Shown here one piece after another: positions 59,996-64,000 of a DNA stretch of 64,000 nt. Position numbers and translations under genes: made by a program. The stretch lies in NCBI GenBank assembly GCA_030390025.1, contig CM059432.1:7688001-7752000 (forward strand), given 5' to 3'. Each line of letters starts with the position of its first letter. Position 1 is the stretch's first letter. The notes under the pieces were generated by a model, which did no database searches, had not been told where the DNA came from, and was given only the letters and a program-made list of their open reading frames with translations. Source of the DNA: Squalus acanthias. Its lineage: Eukaryota.

Positions 59996-60694
59996 TACAG
60001 ACAGCGGATGATTGGCCAGAGTTTGGTGGTGTTGGTTGAGGGAGAACTGCTGGCCAGGACACTCCCTGCTCTTCTTTGAATAATACCATGAGATCTTTTA
60101 CATCCACTGGTAAATGGATTAAAATTCTGGTCTGATAGGATTTCACCTAACATAAGTTTGATTTTAATTGATATTTTATATTACCAGGAATGGAAGTGGT
60201 TTCATGCAGAAATTATTGTTACCATAAAATGATTTGATCTTATTAGCATTAATAGTTAATGAAATCCGTTGTAGATTCCCTTTCATTTTGTTCTGTAATT
60301 GTAGGCATTGCATTTTTATATTTCATTTTCAATTCATTTCGACTTTAGTGTTTTGCTTGTAAAATAATTCTCATTGAACATTTAGCTCTTTCTTCCCCTC
60401 TGTTTGTTGCATTCAAGCAATAACAATGCGGATTATTTTTATTGAATTCTTTACGTCGCCATGCCCCAATAAAGCGGGATGTCTTCAGTAAATTAGTATC
60501 TCATTAAAGGAGTAACCCTGTATTGAAGGTAAATTTTTAATTTTCCCTGAATAAAATTGAAGACACGTCTTTGGTAATTTTCCATCTGTACTCTCGATGT
60601 GCGTAGAGTACGGTTTAAAAAAAAATTCACGCAGAACCCAGCATACACCTTCCTCCAGAGTATTTAACATCCAATGACATTCTGAGGGGATGAT

Positions 60695-60883
60695 GTTTAT
60701 TTTAATTCATTCACGGGATGTGGGCGTCGCTGGCAAGGCCAGCATTTATTGCCCATCCCTAGTTGCCCTTGAGAAGGTGGTGGTGAGCCGCCTTCTTGAA
60801 CCGCTGCAGTCCGTGTGGTGAAGGTGCTCCCACAATGCCGTTCGGGAGGGAGTTCCAGGATTTTGACCCAGCGACGATGAACG
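60695..60883 (-). mobile_element. LINE family B 3' end
   Basis: Antisense tail. Confidence 0.85.
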
Positions 60884-61475
60884 AACAACAACAACAACTT
60901 GTATTTAGATAGCGCCTTTAACATAGTAAAACGTCCCAAGGCGCTGCAAAGGAGTATTGTAAGACAATAAATTTGACAACGAGCCACATAAGGAGAAATT
61001 TGGGCAGGTGACCAAAAGCTTGGTCAAAGAGGTAGGTTTTAAGGAGCGTCTTAAAGGAGGAGAGAGAGGTAGCGAGGCGGAGAGGTTTAGGCAGGGAATT
61101 CTAGAGCTTATGGCCCAGGCAACAGAAGGCACGGCCACCAAAGGTTGAGTGATTATAATCAGGGATGCTCAAGAGGGCAGACTTAGAGGAGCGCAGATAT
61201 CTCGGGGGGTTGTGGGGCTGAAGGAGGTTACAGAGATAGGGAGGGGGCGAGGCCATGGAGGGATTTGAAAACAAAGATGAGAATTTTGAAATCGAGGCGC
61301 TGCTAAACCGGGAGCCAATGTAGGTCAGCGAGCACAGGGGTGATGGGCGAACGGGAACTTAGTGCGAGTTAGGACACGGGCAGCCAAGTTTTGGATGACC
61401 GCAAGTTTACGTAGGGTAGAACGTGGGAGGCCAGCCAGGAGTGCGTTGGAATAGTCGAATCTAGAGGTAACAAAG
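60884..61475 (-). mobile_element. L2 LINE 3' fragment
   Basis: Antisense to 14396-14882, with a (CAA)n tail. Confidence 0.88.
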
Positions 61476-62469
61476 TCTAGAGTGAACGGCGATGTATTTC
61501 CAATTCAGGATGTGTCACAAGAAGATCAGTGCAGTTGGCAGGTAGATTACGATGAGGGACTAATTCTTAGTCAGAGCTATCCGTTTCCCTCACAAATTCT
61601 TCCGCAATGGCTTATGAATATATTTGTTTTGAACCAGTGATCCATTATCTATTACTCCGTGCAGCAGTAGTTGGGCAGTGCTGCTTGCTTCTAGTTAATA
61701 CTTTATTGTATTGTTACTGGACTTTGCCTCCAGGGTAATTTGATTGAAGCTGTAACTGTCAGTCAAAGAAAATAACGTTATATTGCTGTTAACTGCCAGC
61801 TAATATGGAAGAAAGATTTTTTTTGAACAAATCTACATATTTTACATTTTCTTTCAATGAGGATTCAAGCTGTATCCTCTCAGTTCTGGTAACATCCTTT
61901 TAAACCTTTCCCGCGCTTTGTCTAGTGTTTCAGTCGTGTGACAACCAGACCCACGTTCAATATTCCAAGTGTGGTCTAACTAAAGCTATGTATCAATTTA
62001 ACATGGCTTCATTGCTTTTATATTCTATTCCTCTAGAAATTAACCCCAGTACTTGGTTGCTACTTTCAGTGATTTATGTATCCTTATTCCCAGAATGCTA
62101 TTCTCCTCTACCTCATTTTATTTCTGACCTACCGAGGAAGCAAAATGGATTTCTTAAAGGAGAATTGCAAGGTTTAAGTCTGCCAAAAGCTTCAGGCTTC
62201 ATAACTTATGTTTACCTCGGGCAATCCTGAAATGCTTTTGGGCGGGGTGGGGGGGGTGCTGCAATTTGTTAGGTTGGGGCTGCATCTTGCAGAACGTCGG
62301 AACATTCTGGGGCAAGTCTTTAAAAGCTTCTGGCTGGGATTCCCGATGGCCATCCCACTCTTTATACTCCACCTGCTGGAGGCAGATGAGGAAAATGAAC
62401 GAGAGGCATCCAGAGAAGCCAGACGAATCAGGCAACATCAGAGAAGAGTTAAACCCTATGTGATGATAC

Positions 62470-63405
62470 CCTACGGAATGCTTGCCTTTATTAGCCGAGG
62501 CATTGAATACAAGAGCAGGGGGGGTTATGCTTGAACTGTGTAAAACACTAGTTAGGCCACTGCTAGAGTACTGTGTGCAGTTCTGGTCACCATATTGCAG
62601 GAAGGATATGATTGCACTAGAGAGGGTACAGAGGAGGTTTACGAGGATGTTGCCTGGACTGGAGAATTTTAGCTACGAGGAAAGATTGGATAGACTGGGT
62701 TTGTTTTCTTTGGAACAGAGGAGGCTGAGGGGGAGACCTTATTGAGGTGTATAAAATTATGAGGGGCCTAGATAGAGTGGATAGGAAGGACCTATTTCCC
62801 TTAGCAGAGAGGTCAATAACCAGGGGGCATAGATTTAAAGTAATTGGTAGGAGGTTTAGAGGGGATTTGAGGGGAAATTTCTTCACCCAGAGGGTGGTGG
62901 AAGTCTGGAACTCACTGCCTGAAAGAGTGGTAGAGGCAGAAACCCTCACCACATTTAAAAAGTGCTTGGATGTGCACTTGAAGTGCCGTCACCTACAGGG
63001 CTATGGACCAAGAGCTGGAAAGATTTGATAGAGGAGTTCAAAATCATGAGGGTTCCAGACAGAGTAGATAGAGAGAAACTGTTCCCATTGGCAGAAGGTC
63101 GAGAACCAGAGGACACAGATTTAAGGTGATTGGCAGAAGAACCAAAGGCGACATGAGGAAAACCTTTTTTACGCAGCGAGTGGTTAGGATCTGGAATGCA
63201 CTGCCTGAAAGAGTGGTGGAGGCAGATTCAATCGTGGCTTTCAAAAGGGAGTTGGATAAGTACCTGAAGGAAAAAAATCTGCAGGGCTACGGGGAAAGGG
63301 CGGGGCAGGAGTGGGACTAGCTGAGGTGCTCTTGCGGAGAGCTGGCACGAGCTCGATGGGCCGAATGGCCTCCTTCTGTGCTGTAACCATTCTATGATTC
63401 TATGA
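62470..63405 (+). mobile_element. Two fused CR1 3' fragments (junction ~63020)
   Basis: ORFs 62482-62745, 62747-63028 and 63126-63320. Confidence 0.88.
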
Positions 63406-64000
63406 TCCTGTGAGGAGGACAGAAAGAGGCTGCAAAGGGATATAGACAGGTCAATTGAGCAGGCAAGAAGGTGGCAGATGGAGTATAATGTGGGGAAATG
63501 TGAAAATATCCTCTTGGGTATGAAGAATATAAAAGCAGAATATTTTTTAAAAGATGAGAGACTAGTAAATGTTGGTATGCAGAGGGATTTGGGTGTCCTT
63601 GTGCATAAATCACAGAAAGTTAACATGCAGGAACAGCAAGCAATTAGGAAGGCAAATGGTATGTTAGCCTTCATTGCAAGGGGGTTGGAGTACAAGAGTA
63701 AGGAAGTCTTGCTGCAATTATATAGGGGTTTGGTGAGACCACGCCTGGAGTATTGTGTACAGTTTTGGTCACCTTACCTAAGGAAGGTTATACTTGCCTT
63801 AGACGGAGTGCAACAAAAGTTGATTAGATTGATTTCTGGATGAGAGGGCTGTCCTACGAGGAGAGATTGTGTAGAATGGGCCTACGCTCTCTGGAGTTTA
63901 GAAGAATGAGAGGTGATCTCCTTGAAACGTATAAAATTCTGAGAGGGCTTGACAGGGTAGATGCTGAGAGGTTGTTTCCCCTGGCTGGAGAGTCTAGAAC
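63406..64000 (+). mobile_element. CR1 ORF2 fragment running off the window edge
   Basis: ORF 63478-63843 [17 protein letters not shown]. Confidence 0.9.

Larger units (their letters stand above)
57925..60110 (-). mobile_element. Old Deu/AmnSINE-like copy split by the minisatellite-bearing element
   Basis: Tail at 57925-58058, body resumes at ~59996-60110. Confidence 0.6.

Overview
This is eukaryotic, repeat-saturated DNA with the repeat content typical of a cartilaginous fish (shark or ray). It is probably intronic or intergenic. Most of the window is retroposon debris: about 30 5'-truncated CR1-type LINE pieces (one with an uninterrupted ~620-codon RT frame at 117-2003), L2 3' ends, and a third CR1/L2-group LINE family. 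Three tRNA-derived SINE families are present (Deu-domain SacSINE1/AmnSINE-like, HE1/V-SINE-like, and a third), each carrying the 3' tail of one of those LINE families. The PIF/Harbinger component is a decayed two-gene element (~40.1-43.2 kb), a deletion derivative holding the transposase N-terminus missing from it (~51.5-53.0 kb), and many CpG-rich MITEs with GGG..AAATT-type ends. There is also a 1.7-kb solo LTR with a 4-bp TSD, a Penelope-type pseudo-LTR with an intact-looking minimal hammerhead ribozyme (plus a second, decayed one), a 1.2-kb C-rich minisatellite inside a MITE, and a 17-bp tandem array. No host protein-coding gene could be identified with confidence. A few non-repeat islands have promoter- or exon-like signals, including a compact TATA/Kozak/56-codon ORF/AATAAA unit at 34.3-34.7 kb. 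Family names come from recognising sequences by eye, not from database searches, and many boundaries are approximate.
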